A stretch of DNA of 64,000 bases, taken from Octopus sinensis (taxonomy: Eukaryota). The position numbers were made by a program, and so were the translations under genes. The stretch is from the NCBI RefSeq assembly GCF_006345805.1, contig NC_043000.1, positions 90,334,001-90,398,000 of the forward strand. The letters run 5' to 3'. The notes below the pieces were generated by a model. That model made no database searches. It was not told the DNA's origin and worked only from the letters and a program-made list of their open reading frames with translations. This document shows positions 1 through 12,978 of the stretch, in pieces. How positions within the stretch are numbered: the stretch's first letter is position 1; each line of letters begins with the position of its first letter.

Positions 1-90
1 GCAGCCATCTGGTTTGCCAGACTTCAGTCAAATCGTCCAACCCATGCTAGCATGGAAAGCGGAGGTTAAATGGTGATGATGATGATTCCA
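1..90 (+). mobile_element. RTE-type LINE/SINE 3' tail fragment ending in (GAT)n
   Basis: caacccatgctagcatggaaagcggaggttaaatggtgatgatgat resembles RTE-clade 3' tails; recognised from memory only. Confidence 0.4.
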
Positions 91-104
91 TGTGACACAG
101 AATG

Positions 105-245
105 TGACAAAGCTGGCCTTTGAAATACAGGTGCTACTCATTTTTGCCAGCTGAGTGAACTGGAGCAATGTGAAAGGGTACAATGTGCTGTTTAGTATTG
201 AATTCACAACCTTACAATGCTGAGCCAAATACTCCTAATCACTAA
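105..245 (-). mobile_element. tRNA-derived SINE family C, degenerate fragment
   Basis: Shares ttttgccagctgagtgaactggagcaa...ctaatcactaagccatgc with the copies at 47228 and 63150. Confidence 0.5.
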
Positions 246-744
246 GCCATGCATTTTCATGCTAAGAGTAATATAAGACATGGATTCAGAAAATCATGCA
301 GCTATCACAGTAAGCACCTCTTATGGACTTGGCTATCAGTCCACTTAGTAAACAATTACAAAGTAACATAATGTAAAGTATCCATGTAACTGAGAACCCG
401 GATAATTTTTTTCTATAATAATGGTTTCAAATTTTGACACAAGGCCAGCAATTTTAGGGAATGGGGTTAGATCTGGTTTTATCATTTCTTCCTAGTTCTT
501 TCTGTATTTAGTTTTATTTTTTTCTCCCTCTGGTTGAAAGAAACTGAAAGAAGCATGTCGTGTGTGTGTGTATGTATGTATATATCAACATATGGATCAG
601 TCCCACTACATGTCACTTTGCATAAGTGTCTTCTTCTATAGCCCGTGGCTGACCAAAGCCTTGTGAAAGGATTTGGTAGAAAGAAACTGAAAGAAGCATG
701 TCATATGTGTGTGTGTGTCTGTTTAACACACACACACATCCATT

Positions 745-1330
745 TACCATGCTGGCAAGGGTTACGTGGTTTGACTGGAACTGGTAAGCTGGAGAGCTGT
801 ACCAGGCTCCAGTCTGTTTTGGCTTGGTTTCTATGGCTAGATGCCCTTCCTAATGCCATCCTCTCCACAGATTGTACTGGGTGCTTTCACATGTTACCGG
901 CACTGGTAATGGCTATGATTTTACTTAGCCTGACATTTCTTCTCAAGCACAGCAAATAGCCAAAAGTCTTGATCACTTGTCATTATCTCCATGAGACCCA
1001 ACATCTGAAGATCAAGTTTCACCACCATGTCCCATGTCTTCCTGGGTCTACTTCTTCCACAAGTTCCCTCCACAATTAAAGATCAGTACTTCCTTACATA
1101 GCTGTCCTCATCCATTTGCTTCACATGGCCACGTCAGCACAGTCTTCTCTCTCACACACCACATCTGATGCCTTTTATGCCCAATTTTTCTCTCAAGATA
1201 CTTACACTCTGTTGTACATGCACACTGACATTGCACATCTAGCAAAGCATACTAACTTCATTTCTCTCAAGCTTCCCCATGTTTTCTGCAGTCATAGTCC
1301 ATGTTTCATGCATGTGCATGGTGTATGTGT
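745..1330 (-). mobile_element. RTE-clade LINE 3' fragment (decayed ORF C-terminus plus 3' UTR)
   Basis: Minus strand reads GHVKQMDEDSYVRKY*SLIVEGTCGRSRPRKTWDMVVKLDLQMLGL...AVLEK*, the GRPRKTW-type RTE C-terminal motif, with an in-frame stop. Confidence 0.7.
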
Positions 1331-1745
1331 GTGTGTGTGTGTTAGGGTCTCCTTGTCTTAATATTGTGCAATAGTTGTAAACAATATTTTGTTTCCAATC
1401 TTCCATGAAAATATTACCTTGCTTGAAAGTAGGTCAGGTCGGTTACTAGAAGGGCATCCAACTGTAAAAAATTTGCATCAACAGATTCCATACAACACAT
1501 GTGTCCAATGGAAAAGAGAATATTAAATGATGATGATGGTGTTGTCTAGATTCTCTCTCAGCTAATTTGCATTTTGTTTGCCTTTCATGTATTTTAACAT
1601 CAGTAAAAGACATCATATGTTGAGATATATTTGTTGGACATTCATCTTTAAATTTATTTCCATCCTCACATCTAGCAATCATTTGTCAGTTTGTGTGTGT
1701 GTGTATAACTTTGTATATTAATTTTGTTATTTGAATCTTTCATAG

Positions 1746-1946
1746 ATTGCTGTTGATGGCGTTGGAGGAGTTGGAGGAGATGACCAGGATGATGGCTCAA
1801 ATGTTATTGGCACTGATGCGGACAACTTAGAAGAAGTGCATGATGCTGCAACAGCGATGATGGAAAATAGCAGTGTTGATAACATTGAATGTGATCCAAA
1901 TCCCTGTGTTGAATTGGGCAAAGAGAAAGAAAACCATATCTGCCAT
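1746..1946 (+). CDS. ZNF236: C2H2 zinc-finger protein (ZNF236-like), internal exon
   Basis: ctttcatag|ATT...CAT|gtgagt; 201 nt, stop-free (IAVDGVGG...KENHICH). The terminal C-H joins L-C of the next exon in phase 0 to complete a CxxC finger. Upstream exons were not found in the window. Confidence 0.8.
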
Positions 1947-2415
1947 GTGAGTTGATGTTTGTGAATTGTTTTTTTTCCTGTGGTCATATATTTATTTTTA
2001 ATTGTTTTTGATATTCTTTTACTGGTTTCATTCATTGGATTTTGGCCATGTTGGGCCACCATCTTCAAAGGCTTTACTTGTTAATCAGCCTCTGATTATT
2101 GAAGCATTAAGCTATGGTTTTGGTATTATGGGAAGCATACAGAAATGAACAGATACGTACGTGTGTGTGTATGTGTGGTTCAAAATTATGCAAAAAACAT
2201 AAGATAGACAGGTGAAAGAACAACAAAAGGTGAAGGAACAACAAACAAGGTGTGTTAGTGTAATGCATAGGGAAAATGGAAGAAGTCTTTGATGTTTTGA
2301 GCCTATGCTCTTCTTCTGAAAGGAATGAAGAGAGAAAGCAGATGGAGACAGGAAAAAAATGGAGAAAAAAAAGTGTCTGGATTAAGGGTTGTGTATATAT
2401 ATATATACACACACA

Positions 2416-2473
<58 letters not shown>

Positions 2474-2861
2474 ACACACAGAATTTTGTTGTATCTTGGG
2501 AGGGTAATTATGCTAAGAATAAGCACATACATACTTCTATTTCACTTCATTAATTTTATTAGTCAGTTGGTTAACTGCCCTTTAGCCAATTAATTGATTG
2601 TTTGATTAATTGTTTGGTCAGTCATCAACCTGGTAAGTTGATTAATTAGTTAATTGGTTAAATGGTTAACCAATTGACTAACAAAAATGAAGGAGTGTAA
2701 AACAACCAGGGCATGTCTTTATTATTGGCATAAGGATCCTCCCAGTATGCAGCAAAATATGTTTGTAAATCAAGTACTTCATTATTCTTTAAATATTCAA
2801 ATTTACAAAAAAACCCCAAATAACACCACAAACTAAAAGCAATGCAAATTTACGTTTTCAG

Positions 2862-3036
2862 TTGTGTCAGAAGAATTTTAAGCTGCAGGTCAATCTCAAA
2901 GAACACTTGCTCAACGTACACAACAGTTCCTTGCTGAATCAAAAGAAACTGAAACGAACACCTCATGCTTGTTCAGCTTGTGGGAAAGCTTTTCAGAAAC
3001 CCAGCCAGCTGGAACGTCACATACGTATACATACAG
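2862..3036 (+). CDS. ZNF236: C2H2 zinc-finger protein (ZNF236-like), penultimate exon
   Basis: ttttcag|TTG...ACAG|gtaatt; LCQKNFKLQVNLKEHLLNVH and CSACGKAFQKPSQLERHIRIHT; phase-1 intron inside the TGERP linker. Confidence 0.92.
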
Positions 3037-3269
3037 GTAATTTAGATATATTATTCGTTGTTTCTCTCTTATTTTATTCTTTTTCCTTCTCCTTTCTCTT
3101 CATAGAACTATTGGCATTGCTGTTGTGTCTTTTTTGGTGCTGTTCTACTGTCTGAAAAGGGTCAGAAGTTTGTGTCTCAAGACTGGGACAGCACTGTGTC
3201 ACCAGGAAATATATTTCCCTCATGCTCAGTCTACTTACCTAGAAAACAGCTAACACACTCTAGACGTAG

Positions 3270-3540
3270 CTAAATATTTTATTCTTTTATTTCTTCTACT
3301 TGTTTCAGTCATTTGATTGTGGCCATGCTGGAGCACTGTGTTTAGTTGAACAAATCGACCCCTAGACTTACTCTTTGCAAGCCTAGTACTTATTCTATTG
3401 GCCTCTTTTGGCCAAACCACAGACACACATGCTTCCGTACTATATGTAGCCCCAAGTAATAGTAAGAGACAGACACAAATACATACATACATACATACAT
3501 ACATACATACATACATACATACATACATACACTCACACAC
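3270..3540 (-). mobile_element. SINE family A, 3' half
   Basis: acttgtttcagtcatttgattgtggccatgctggagcac tail plus (CATA)n. Confidence 0.7.
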
Positions 3541-3602
3541 ACCTCATGTATAAAAAAATCCTTATTGTTTATTTTTTTTTAACACTACTACTACTGCTGC
3601 TC

Positions 3603-3633
<31 letters not shown>

Positions 3634-3884
3634 AGATGATGATGTACTGTTGCAACATGAAATAGAATGTTTTGCTTAAGAACACAATGCACCACTCTGT
3701 CTAGGAATTGAAACCATGACCCTGTGATATTGAATGCAACACCCTAAATACTAGGCCTCATGCCTATTGTTCTTTAAATAAAACAATTTTTTTTATCACT
3801 CTTTTAGAAAGTGAAATAAGTATATATGGTTTAGAAATGTCTTTAGAAGTACAGTTTGAATATGTTAATTAGTTAAATGACACA

Positions 3885-4070
3885 AGTTTGGGGAAAGGAA
3901 TGAGTTGATTGCATCAACGTCAGTGTTGAACTGGTACTTCTTTTATCGATCCCAAAAGGATGAAAGGCAAAGTCGACCTCAGTGGAATTTGTTCTCAGAA
4001 TGTAAAGACGGATGAAATGCCACTAAGCATTTTGCTTGTCATGCTAATGATTCTGCCTGCTCGCTGCCTT
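3885..4070 (-). mobile_element. tRNA-derived SINE family B
   Basis: gaaaggatgaaaggcaaagtcgacctc core shared with more than 10 other copies in the window. Confidence 0.7.
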
Positions 4071-4098
4071 ACTCATTACTGTAAATTAGTATCTTTAA

Positions 4099-4740
4099 CA
4101 ATTTAGTGTTTAAACCTGCTATATCCAGCTCAAATATTTCAGCTGTTTTATGTTCAAACAAGCAAGATTCAGGCTCTTACACCTACTCTACAATGTCATT
4201 CTAAAACTGAACAAACACACCATCAAAATCTCAAAGATAATGCATGATTAATTCAAATGCATGATTTATTCAAAACAATGTGAATAAGTAGGTGTAGGAG
4301 TGGCTGTGTGGTAAGTAGCTTGTTTACCAACCACATGATTCCGGGTTCAGTTTCACTGCGTGGTACCTTGGGCAAGTGTTTTCTACTATAGCCTCAGGTC
4401 GACCAAAGCCTTGTGAGTGGATTTGGTAGACGGAAACTAAAAGAAGCCTGTCATATATATGTATGTGTGTGTGTGTGTGTGTGTGTATGTTTGTGTGTCT
4501 GTGTTTGCCCCCCCAACATCGCATGACAACTGATGCTGGTGTGTTTACGTCCCCGTAGCTTAGTGGTTCGGCAAAAGAGACCGATAGAATAAGTACTAGG
4601 CTTACAAAGAATAAATCCTGGGGTCGATTTGCTTGACTAAAGGCAGTGCTCCAGCATGGCCACAGTCAAATGAGTGAAAGAATTTAAAGAGCAAGGGAAA
4701 TAAGCATTATGTTTGACAGGATAATCTGAATGGTAAAGGG
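4099..4740. mobile_element. piggyBac-like MITE interrupted by a SINE A copy
   Basis: ttaa|caatttag (degenerate) ... ggtaaaggg|ttaa ends; the left TIR is imperfect. Confidence 0.35.
4291..4690 (+). mobile_element. SINE family A (tRNA-like head, ccttgggcaag core, internal TA/TG microsatellite), full length
   Basis: Head ggtgtaggagtggctgtgtggtaag...ccgggttcagt; tail cagcatggccacagtcaaatga; many near-identical copies in the window. Confidence 0.85.
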
Positions 4741-4882
4741 TTAAAGTAGCATTATGCAAAATGGAGCAAAACAACAAAATATAATAAAGAAAAAGCTACC
4801 CAAAATTTAAGAAAAAATATCTTGTACTGAAATTATTATTTTTTAAATTTGTTATTGAAATTTTTTTTGTTTTGTTTTCCAG

Positions 4883-5313
4883 GAGAGCGACCGTTTATTT
4901 GCAGTAAATGTAACAAGACGTTCAACCAGAAGAACGCTCTGCAAATTCATCTAAAGCAGCATAGCGGAGAGAAACCGTACAAATGTACATACTGTGATTT
5001 AGCTTTTATTCAAAAAGGAAATTTGAAAACGCATATCAAGAGAGCACATCATATGGATATGGTTCAAGCGATGAATCTTCCTCCAACAATCCTCCCGACT
5101 ACTGGCACGGCTGCTTGTATGTCTTCAGACGGTGTGAGCAACACTGCACCGACGCTAGGGAGCAGCATCGACAGCACCATCACCACTACCACTACCACCA
5201 CTACCACCACGACCACGACCACCACCACTACCACTTCTAAAGACAACTTGGACCTCGTTGAATTATTACAGAGAAATGGGCTTAACTCTTGGGATATGGA
5301 TGATGATGTATGA
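4883..5313 (+). CDS. ZNF236: C2H2 zinc-finger protein (ZNF236-like), last coding exon
   Basis: ttttccag|GA GAG CGA CCG; two fingers ([43 protein letters not shown]), then a Thr-rich tail and TGA at 5311-5313. KPSQLERH/NQKxALQxH/QKxNxKxHxKRAH match the last three fingers of vertebrate ZNF236 as I recall them; orthology needs a tree. Confidence 0.9.
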
Positions 5314-5427
5314 TGGCAGGACAATGCTGGAGGAATGTCACAGCTATTGGTAAAAAAAAAATCCCGAAAAATCCCAATGTATAGAAGTTATTACTGAATC
5401 TAGCTCCAGTATTTTTGGGAAAGTAAA

Positions 5428-5480
<53 letters not shown>

Positions 5481-5594
5481 TCAATAAGCATTCAGTTGAT
5501 TTTGATGGTTCTTTTTTTGATTGAAATTTTTCAATGAGAGAATGTAAAAAAAAAAATATGCAAGAATAAAGAAAGAAATTTATAAAAAGAGTAA

Positions 5595-5637
<43 letters not shown>

Positions 5638-6039
5638 GTAAAAGAATTTCTTTTGAGGACCAACATTTTCATTGCCTGAAATCTGCAAATCAATACACAC
5701 ACACACACATTCATACACACACACACACATTCATACACACACACACATACAACATGCATATATATATATTTATTTATTTATTATCATTATTAGGGCAGTG
5801 GAGTTAGCAATGACAGTAGAGAGCTGGACTACTATTGCCATACAGTTCTGAGCTCCAAATCCTTTCTGATTGATTTTTGCCCTTCATCCATCAAGTGGAT
5901 CGATAAAAAAAGAAAAAAGAGAGTATACTTGTATTAATATTGACTGAGAGTCACTTCAAACAACAGTACCATTTTCCTTTATAAAAAATATCTTGGCTTT
6001 GTGCCTCATCTATAAAAAAGTTCATTATTTTTTTTTTTA

Positions 6040-6076
<37 letters not shown>

Positions 6077-6299
6077 AAACGATGATGTGATTTTTAGAAT
6101 TTCTTCTTTGAAATTCTAGTTAAATAAGTTTACTCTAGATTTAAATCCATCTCTGCTTTGATAAGTGGCAACCATACACTTCAGTTTTTAAAAAATTTAT
6201 TGCATACACATCTTGAACATATATATATATGTATATATATATATGTATGTATGTATGTATGCATGTATGTATATATATATATATATATATATTTATGTA

Positions 6300-6330
<31 letters not shown>

Positions 6331-6889
6331 ACATATGTATATTTAAACACACACACACATCTTGTGCCACCACCACAAATATCAAATATCACATCACTTT
6401 CTCAGACTGTTGTCGACTCAAATCTTGCCAGCTGCCTTAAGTTGTACAAAGAACTAAACAAAGAAGACATAATAATATTAATAATAATAATAATAAGAAG
6501 AAGAATAATATTAAAAAAAAAATCAACAAAAATAATATGGACTATAATTAACACAAATTAATTGTTTCAATAAATATTCATAAAAAAAATATTTGTTGGA
6601 AATATATATTTATTGTTATTGTTGTGGTTGTTGTTGTTGTTGTTGTTAAGCTCTGATTCAGCTGAACTTACGATCAGTTGTTGGTGTTTCAGCATTGATT
6701 AATCTGCTATTTTCATTTCCACAGCTACATTATCATGTGTCCCTTTTTTTTTGTTAAGGCAATAGGTGAGGAGTGATTTGAAGGAAACTTAGCTGTTATT
6801 TCTAGCAGATTGTTTGATTATGTAGAAGCTACTTAGATATGTTGTGGTTATTTGTTGTTGTTGCTGTTTATCCTTCAGAGTAGTTCTGC

Positions 6890-7225
6890 TGCAGGAAACC
6901 CATGGTCAAAAGGGATTTCTAGGGAGTTGAAGTTCAAGGGAGAAAAGACCAGGGACAGGGGTTAGTGTAAGATTTTGTACATTGTAAGACACAATGTAGG
7001 TGATAATAGGAGGGGACAAGGGACTAGCTAACAACCAAGTGCAGAGGCTGCTGTAATAGCTGTAGAAAAGAAAGTGAGAGGAGACAGGACATAGCTTTTT
7101 TGAAGATAATAGGACACAATTTTTAAGAGATTTGACTGGCATTTCTAGCAGGTCAAATGACCCTGTAGAGCAGTGATGGACAATCTCTGGGATGTGGTCC
7201 ACATATGACACATGTAACTTTCTAA
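6890..7225 (-). mobile_element. CR1/L2-group LINE 3' remnant
   Basis: Minus strand VSSHFLFYSYYSSLCT...SFLP*T resembles CR1/L2 C-terminal motifs; heavily decayed. Confidence 0.4.
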
Positions 7226-7929
7226 ATGTCATCATCATCATCATCATCACCACCACTTCCACCACCACCACCTGTCTTTTCAAGCACAGCAAACTACCAG
7301 GAGTCTGAGCCCCCTGTTATCCCTTCTGTGAGTCCCAGTGTTTGTAGATCCTTTCTCACCGCTTTATCCCATATCTTCCTGAGTCTACCCCTTCCGCATG
7401 TTCCCTCTACAATTGGTCTACTCCAACGAAAAATTACCACCAGTTTTTTTTTTCTTATTGGTGCATCCGACTTGATAATGAATCATGTCTGGTGTGGGTT
7501 GCTTCTTGGATAAGGTTGTGCATGCTTCGTATAGAGTCTTCCACAGTTCAGTTTGAAGTAAATAAAGTCATGTTCTAATTTCAATGATAAGACACTATCA
7601 ATTAAGACATATGAATTCACAAACAGTTGAAATATCTACTTGGATATAACATATCAGTAAAGTTTCTAGTTGCTTCTTTAATAATTTCTCATAATGGCTG
7701 TAAACATAGGAAAGTTTAAGTTTTACCCTTAACAAAAATAAATAAATAAATAAATAAAAAGGCGAAAAATTGTAAAAGTTATAACATTTTTGCTTTTTAA
7801 AATAAAACAAAAATCGTTTATTTTGATAGTAACAAGAATCCATTTTATAACCAAAACTTCCATTACAAATATTCTGTCATCAAAGACACTTATAAGTCAT
7901 TGTATTTCTTTACTTTTGAGAAGTTCTAA

Positions 7930-8150
7930 CCCTTTTGTTACCATATTTCTGTTGAAACACACTACCTTTGTTTTAATTAATTTTGAAAGATAATGAAGAA
8001 TTTAGTAAAATAATTGTCACATTAATTTGGTGTTTGGAACATAAATTAACATGAAATTTTGATGACAGGTTTTAAGTTTAGGTCACTTTAAAACAGGAAG
8101 TTTATTTCAGAGAACCAAGGACAGTCTCAAACAAAATGGTTTCAAAAGGG
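7930..8150. mobile_element. piggyBac-like MITE in the intergenic/3' UTR region
   Basis: ctaa|CCCTTTTGTTACC ... GGTTTCAAAAGGG|ttaa: TIR 11/13 with TTAA-type flanks. Confidence 0.55.
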
Positions 8151-8236
8151 TTAAATAAAGAACTTTTCTTTCCCAAATATTTAAATATATCATATTTTTT
8201 ACTCTTTCCATATAAAATAACAATACTGTTTTACTT

Positions 8237-8473
8237 TTAAGTTCTTCTTCCTCTGTCATCTGTTTGTGGTGACCCCATTACAATCAATCTAACCATTTGC
8301 TGTAGAGTCTGAGAATCCCATGTCTCATCACGCTCATCACTCCAGCGCCTGATATCTCCTACAGACTGCGGAAGCTGCCTGTGTCCTGTCTCTGGCAAAG
8401 CTAATACCAACAAGTTGGCAACTAGGCAGAAAAATGCGAAGATCACACTTGGTCCCCAAGAGATGTAGCGAGC
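8237..8473 (-). CDS. SLC22-like transporter exon 10 (TM12, LPET motif, stop)
   Basis: ttacag|GCT; ARYISWGPSVIFAFFCLVANLLVLALPETGHRQLPQSVGDI...RRT*; TAA at 8239-8237. Confidence 0.92.
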   Translation of the reverse strand, partial: ARYISWGPSVIFAFFCLVANLLVLALPETGHRQLPQSVGDIRRWSDERDETWDSQTLQQMVRLIVMGSPQTDDRGRRT

Positions 8474-8821
8474 CTGTAATTTGTCAAAATAACCATATTA
8501 ATAAATAGAAATAAATACTGGTTTCAAATTTTGGCATAGGGCCACCAATTTTGGGTGAAGGGAGAAAGTTGATTACATTGATCAGCTGGTACTTATTTTA
8601 TTGACTCTGAAAGGATGAAAGACAAAATCAACCTCAGAAGTAATAGGCCAAGTTATAGACTATTCAACATCGAGGCATCATATGATGATCTTTATAGAAG
8701 CCTCTAGAATATTTCCTTACAAGGCCTATAAACAAGCATGCTTTAGGTGCCAGATTTCAGTTTGTGAGCACCCACAGCTAAGCTAACCACACTCTCATTT
8801 TGCTGCTTTTGACAGTCATTC

Positions 8822-9130
8822 TGTAGGGATGTGTTACCCCCACCCTCCATATTCACCAGATTTTGCTCCTTCGGATTTCCACTTATTCAGAATAGTCTTA
8901 ATGGTAAAAATTTCAATTCCTTGGATGACGTAAAAAGATACCTTGATGAATTCTTTGCCATGAAACCCCCTCAATTCTGGGAAGAGGGTATTTTCATGTT
9001 AAAGGAAAGATGGAGATGCATTGTGCAACAAAATGGTTCATATTTGGTTGATTAAAAATGTAATGGCAAGTATTTATCGACCTTTTTCTTTCCTTTAAAA
9101 ATCGGCACAAACTTTCCGAACAACCCACTA
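8822..9130 (+). mobile_element. mariner transposon 3' fragment with right TIR
   Basis: HPPYSPDFAPSDFHLF (frameshifted)...NGKNFNSLDDVKRYLDEFFAMKPPQFWEEGIFMLKERWRCIVQQNGSY; mariner-like end aactttccgaacaacccacta. Confidence 0.85.
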
Positions 9131-9279
9131 CTATAAAGTATATTACATTAATAATAATGATTAAAATGAACTTATTGTATATAATGCTCAGATGAACTTC
9201 AAAGAGTAAAAGAAGGGACAGAAAGCAGTCATATAAGTCAAGCTAAAGAATGACAGCAATGAATGTCAAAAGCACATGC

Positions 9280-9735
9280 ACAGTTCACAGAATAAAACAC
9301 AAAAAGGCAGGAAAATGAACAATAAAAGAGTCATAAAGAGGAAAAGATCCATAGGCACATCAGGAATAGTGTTAGTGAATTTTGGTAAGTATGGAGTTTT
9401 TGAAGGATGCAGTATCTTGATAGCTAACAACTGATGTAGGTAGTTTATTGTATGTTTTCTTAATTCTGAGTATGAAGAAATGTTTCTGAAAGTCAAGTGA
9501 AGAAAGGCAGCAAGGAAAGCCAAATGTAGATGTACAGCACACAGAATTAAACAAACAGATGGAAGAGTAAACAAACAGTAAAAGAGTCAGAGAGAGGAAA
9601 AAGTGTATAGGGAGTAGTATTGGTGAATTTCGGGAAGCATAGGATGCAGTGTTCTGACTGTTAACAACCAATGTGAATAGTTTGTTCCATGCTTTGATAA
9701 TTCTGCATACAAACACAAAAAAAGCTTCTGGAAGT
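9280..9735 (-). mobile_element. Two tandem, diverged CR1-like LINE 3' remnants
   Basis: RIIKAWNKLF-TLVV and HFFILRIKKTYNKLPTSVV...SFKN match the CR1-type FFxxRVVxxWNxLPxxVV...SFK terminus. Confidence 0.45.
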
Positions 9736-9922
9736 GTGTCCCCCCCTCCCAAACATCAGTTGACAACTGATGGTGGTGGGTTTACGTCCCCATAACTTAG
9801 CGGTTCGGCAAAAGTAGTAGGCTTACAAAGAATAAGTCCTGGGGTCAATTTCCTTGACTAAAGGCAGTGCTCCAGCATGGCCGCAGTCAAATGACTGAAA
9901 CGAGTAAAAGAGTAAAAGAGTA
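9725..9922 (+). mobile_element. SINE family A, 3' half
   Basis: ttgacaactgatgg...ccagcatggccgcagtcaaatgactgaaacgagtaaaagagtaaaagag. Confidence 0.75.
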
Positions 9923-12220
9923 AGTCATTGGATCAACCTACCAATACCCTTGTCAGGGGTAAGAGTGTATCACTTATGAGATCTTGCTTTGCTGTACATG
10001 ACGTTTTTATAAATCAGTATTGTGCTTCACTATCCATATTGAAAGGAATGGGTTGTTAAATGGATACATGGAACAAACTCACCCTTTGGGGGTGGGGTGG
10101 GGGGAAATAAGCTCCTTAATCTAGTTGTAATGAAAATCTCCTCATAAAATACCCACCCTCTGGGTCATTCAATGCATTTTTCTGTTGCATACCAAAGCTG
10201 ACAACTGTGTCTACTACTGCATAACCTACACAAGACTTCTAGCTTTGCTGTTAACTTTTATATGTAACAGATTTTTAACCTTTCATGAGGGGGTTTTATA
10301 AATAGGTTAATATTGTTAACAAATTCAAGAGAAAAAGTTTACATCAAAGCAACAACTACAAAAAAAAGAATACATCAAGAACTACTACTACTACTACTAC
10401 TACTATTACTACTACTACTACTACTACTACTACTACAAATGCTACAATGAAGATACAAAACGCATGCATCACTCTAACAACATCAGGGATTGCAAAAAGA
10501 CTGTCATATAACCAATTGTATATTGGATTCTTTTTTGAAACAATAATCAAAATCAGGCATGGGTAACCATTTTTGAGAAGCAGGTAGCATATGACACAGC
10601 TCATCATCAGATGAGCTGCACTACATAAAAGCTCATGGTAATTTCTCATTAGGTGTACCATTCAGAAAGACCTATGAGCCACAGTTTGCCCATGACTGTT
10701 CCAAATGTTTGGTAATATATAACATACAGGCAAAAATATACCATCAAGTTTTATCCTTATGTGTTTGAAGAGTGTCCAAGCAGTGAATCAATGCAATAGC
10801 ACTGATTCCATACTAGAATGGAAGAAGATTCTCTTTAGATTATCAGAGGTAGTAATGACTTGTAAATAATGCCAAGGCCATCAAGAAAAGCCCATTTTTA
10901 CACAAGACATTTTTACATTCTCCTCTGTAGATATCATGTTACTTCTTAAATATACAAAAGAGTTAGAAAATTTTAGAGGGTTTTGTTTGATTATGGCTAT
11001 TGAGTCCCCATGAAATGGTATAAATCATCCTAATACATGTCAAGAGGCAGACTAACAAGTCTTTTTAGTTACAGTTTTTGTATTTTATAAGGCCACACAT
11101 ATCCTCTTAAATGTTTAATGAATTTCCCTTGTATTTTTTCCATGTCTAGAATTATCTCCCATATTTTTATTTCATATCACAGTTTGTGAACAATACTCTC
11201 ATTACTGAGAAACTTCCAACAGGCCAATCACTAGTTTGCTTCAGGAATAATTAAAGCATTCTTTTGTAGCAAGATTTGAAGCTGAATTAACAAATTGTCA
11301 AGTTAAAATCACAGCTTAGTAACAGCCTTTTAATATGTCAGGCTAAGTTATAGACCAATCAACATCGAGGCATCATATGATGATCTTTCTAGAAGCCTTT
11401 AGAATATTTCCTTACAAAGCCTATAAACAAGCATGTTTTGGGTGCCAGATTTCAGTTTGTGGGCACCCACAGCTAAGCTAAGCACACTCTCATTTTGCTG
11501 CTTTTAACAGTCATTCTAATGGCTCTTTACTCAACCTAGACAGCAGCTATAATTCATTGTCATGAACCCAGTGTGATATATTTTCTCCTGCTGTGGCATC
11601 TTATTTACAGAGCCTTCTTAATCAAATATTTATAATAGCTACAGAATTATCCTTGCAGTGTGTGAATTTTGTTGTCACATTTTTAATTCATGACCAACAT
11701 TGAAAATATTTGTGCAGTGAAATACAAGTCTGTTAATTGTCTATGAGTGTTATGCATTCATTATATGCAGCCAGAATCCAACTCAAACCATAAACATCTC
11801 ACATCTTTCATTCTATGACGATCATAACATAAATAACCATATATTGTGACAGTTTCTTATTGATGACTATTGGTTTTTTTGCATCATCCTCCTCGGCAAT
11901 TAACACCTGTTTTCCATGTTGGCATTAGTTGAATGATACAACAAGAACTAACGAACCAGAGGATTATGTTGAGCTCTTGAATTTTTAATATTCCATATAT
12001 CAAATCTCTTAATACTGACTTAGCTATGGTTCATTTATGCAGATGTCGTGTGTGAATCATGTGGGGAATTTTTGTCACACTTTTGCATTAATAAGTGATT
12101 TGGGACATTGAATTAATGTGGTTGGCACGGAAACTGATGTGACTGAGTATGCCTATTTAAAATCACTGATTCAATCATGTAAAATTTGACAGAAAGTAAA
12201 ACAACATGGTTTTAACTTAC

Positions 12221-12293
12221 CAGAATACCAGAAAATGGTGATAACATACTTCCAATTCTTGATGCAGTACTTGCTAAACCCATTCCAGCATTT
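12221..12293 (-). CDS. SLC22-like transporter exon 9 (TM11)
   Basis: ttcag|A AAT...CTG|gtaagt; (R)NAGMGLASTASRIGSMLSPFSGIL. Confidence 0.92.
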
Positions 12294-12400
12294 CTGAAGA
12301 GCAACCAAAATATTACATTTAATATATATATATGGGTTAAAAATATCCATATAAAACATGTTACATAGGAAAACAACAAGGGTTGAAATTGTGCTAAATT

Positions 12401-12433
<33 letters not shown>

Positions 12434-12444
12434 ATATATATATA

Positions 12445-12850
12445 GGCGCAGGAGTGGCTGTGTGGTAAGTAGCTTGTTTACCAACCACATGGTTCCGGGT
12501 TCAGTCCCACTGCATGGCACCTTGGGCAGGTGTCTTCTACTATAGCCTCGGGCCGACCAAAGCCTTTTGAGTGGATTTGGTAGACGGAAACTGAAAGAAG
12601 CCCGTCGTATGTATATGTATGCGTGTGTGTTTGTTTGTTTGTGTGAGTGTGTTTGTCCTCTTAGCATTGCTTGACAACCGATGCTGGTGTGTTTATGTCC
12701 CCGTTACTTAGCGGTTCGGCAAAAGAGACCGATAGAATAAGTACTGGGCTTACAAACGAATAAGTCCGGGGGTCGATTTGCTCGATTAAATGCGATGCTC
12801 CAGCATGGCCGCAATCAAATGACTGAAACAAGTAAAAGAGTAAAAGAATA
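12445..12850 (+). mobile_element. SINE family A, full length
   Basis: Head ggcgcaggagtggctgtgtggtaag to tail agtaaaagagtaaaag. Confidence 0.85.
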
Positions 12851-12978
12851 TATATATACCAAAGTAAGCACATAAATGTGAAAAAAAGTGGTGAAAAATA
12901 GTGCTCGAATACCGGAGGTAGAGCAATATGCTTTATTATTATTAAAGCTGCAGAAATGTTGCAAAAAATATCACTAAG

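Noticed and set aside
2107-2593. ORFs with VC/HT/YI/MYVC/IIII/NNNN runs here and throughout the track
   Set aside because: They are translations of microsatellites or SINE bodies, with no coding signal.
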